Source: Mytilus californianus (Eukaryota). From it: a stretch of DNA of 64,000 nt. Shown in pieces: positions 62,929-64,000 of the stretch; the stretch's first letter is position 1; the number at the start of each line of letters is the position of its first letter. The stretch is taken from the NCBI RefSeq assembly GCF_021869535.1, contig NW_026262690.1, forward strand, positions 7,192,001 to 7,256,000, given 5' to 3'. Under the pieces are notes generated by a model. The model worked only from the letters and a program-made list of their open reading frames with translations, ran no database searches and was not told the DNA's origin. The translations under genes were made by a program, and so were the position numbers.

Positions 62929-63934
62929 TTTTTAGCTCACCTGGCCCATAGGTCCAGGTGAGCTATTGCCATCACTTGGAGTCTGTCGACTTGTCGTCCA
63001 TCGTCCATCATCGTCATAAACTTTTTCAAAGATCTTCTCCTTTGAAGCTACTCGACCAATTTCAACCAAACTTGGGGGAATGATCCTTATGGTATCTAGT
63101 GTAAAGAATGTGTTTTTATTCAAGCTGGTCAACAAACATAGCCGCCATGACTAGAAATAGAACATAGGGTTAAAATGCAGTTTTTGGCTTATATCTCAAA
63201 ATTAAAGGATTAAAAGCATAACTGACAGGGATAAAATTGATCAGCAGGTCAAGATCTATAAGTGCAGATATTTTCAAACGAATCAGACAACCCAATTTGG
63301 AGTTATTAGCCCTGAATTTATAATTTTATGAAATTTCTCAGTTTTTGGATGTTATCTTGAAAACTAATATAGATAAAGAGAAATTTTAAACAACAAAAAT
63401 GTTAAGCAAAGTAAGATCTACTCTTAAATCTAAAGCAACGTAAAATCTACCATTAAGTCCAAGAACGTTATTCCTCAACTGATCCCTTATAGGAGTTATT
63501 GGCCTTGAAAGACTATTTTTAATAATTTTTGTAAGTTATTTCAGAAACTGTGGTAGATAGACAGAAACTTCAGTCAGCAAAAATGTTTAGCAAAGAAAAA
63601 CCTACAAATAAGGAAACGTGACCAAAATTGTCGATCAATCCCTTATTGGAGTTATTGTCCCTGAAGGCTATTTTAATTAAATTTTGAAGGTTTATTCAGA
63701 AACTAAATGTATGATAGGGAAAACAGAAACTTCAAACAACAAAAATTTTCAGCAAAGTAAGACCTAAAAAGAAGTCAACATGACCTATATTTTTGCAGAA
63801 ACTGTGATAGATAGAAAGAATCTTTTAAAGGCATGTTTAATAATACATTAAACAGCAAAGTAATCCTTGATGCAAGATCTACACCAAAAAAAATTCAAGG
63901 TGAGCGATAAAGGGGCTCTTAAGAGCCTCTTGTT
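62929..63934 (+). mobile_element. HINE (TTTTAGCTCAC family)
   Basis: GCTCACCT / AGGTGAGC subterminal IR, 5' hairpin, GTCGTCC repeats, end hairpin GGCTCTT-AAGAGCC followed by TGTT. Confidence 0.85.
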
Positions 63935-64000
63935 ATATGTTACAAACCCTTTTACTTTTGCATTTGTTTACGCCATAAGTGCATGCTTTAATTTGTGTGT

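Overview
AT-rich animal genomic DNA with spliceosomal introns. The repeat families suggest a bivalve, most likely a mussel (Mytilus); this is an inference. Host genes reconstructed by eye: (1) the 3' seven coding exons of transcription factor IIIA (GTF3A, zinc fingers 3-9); (2) an intronless LRRC74-like leucine-rich-repeat gene; (3) a three-exon minus-strand gene for an unrecognised secreted peptide with two CX3CX6CX3C modules, carrying a +1 frameshift in its signal-peptide exon; (4) a multi-exon type I membrane protein with an ITIM-like tail; (5) an orphan first coding exon near 60.7 kb. Mobile DNA includes a full-length L1/Tx1 LINE with a 12-bp TSD and one frameshift, two RTE-X/CR1-like LINE copies, Helentron-type non-autonomous elements (HINEs), SINEs and MITEs. 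Two signals stand out. First, splice sites themselves are repeatedly amplified in tandem: donor arrays in TFIIIA and in the receptor gene, a ~23-copy acceptor array and a duplicated acceptor, always with the outermost copy productive. Second, there is a ~539-bp tandem array with one minimal type I hammerhead ribozyme per unit (retrozyme-like). All exon models and folds were worked out manually and are unverified.
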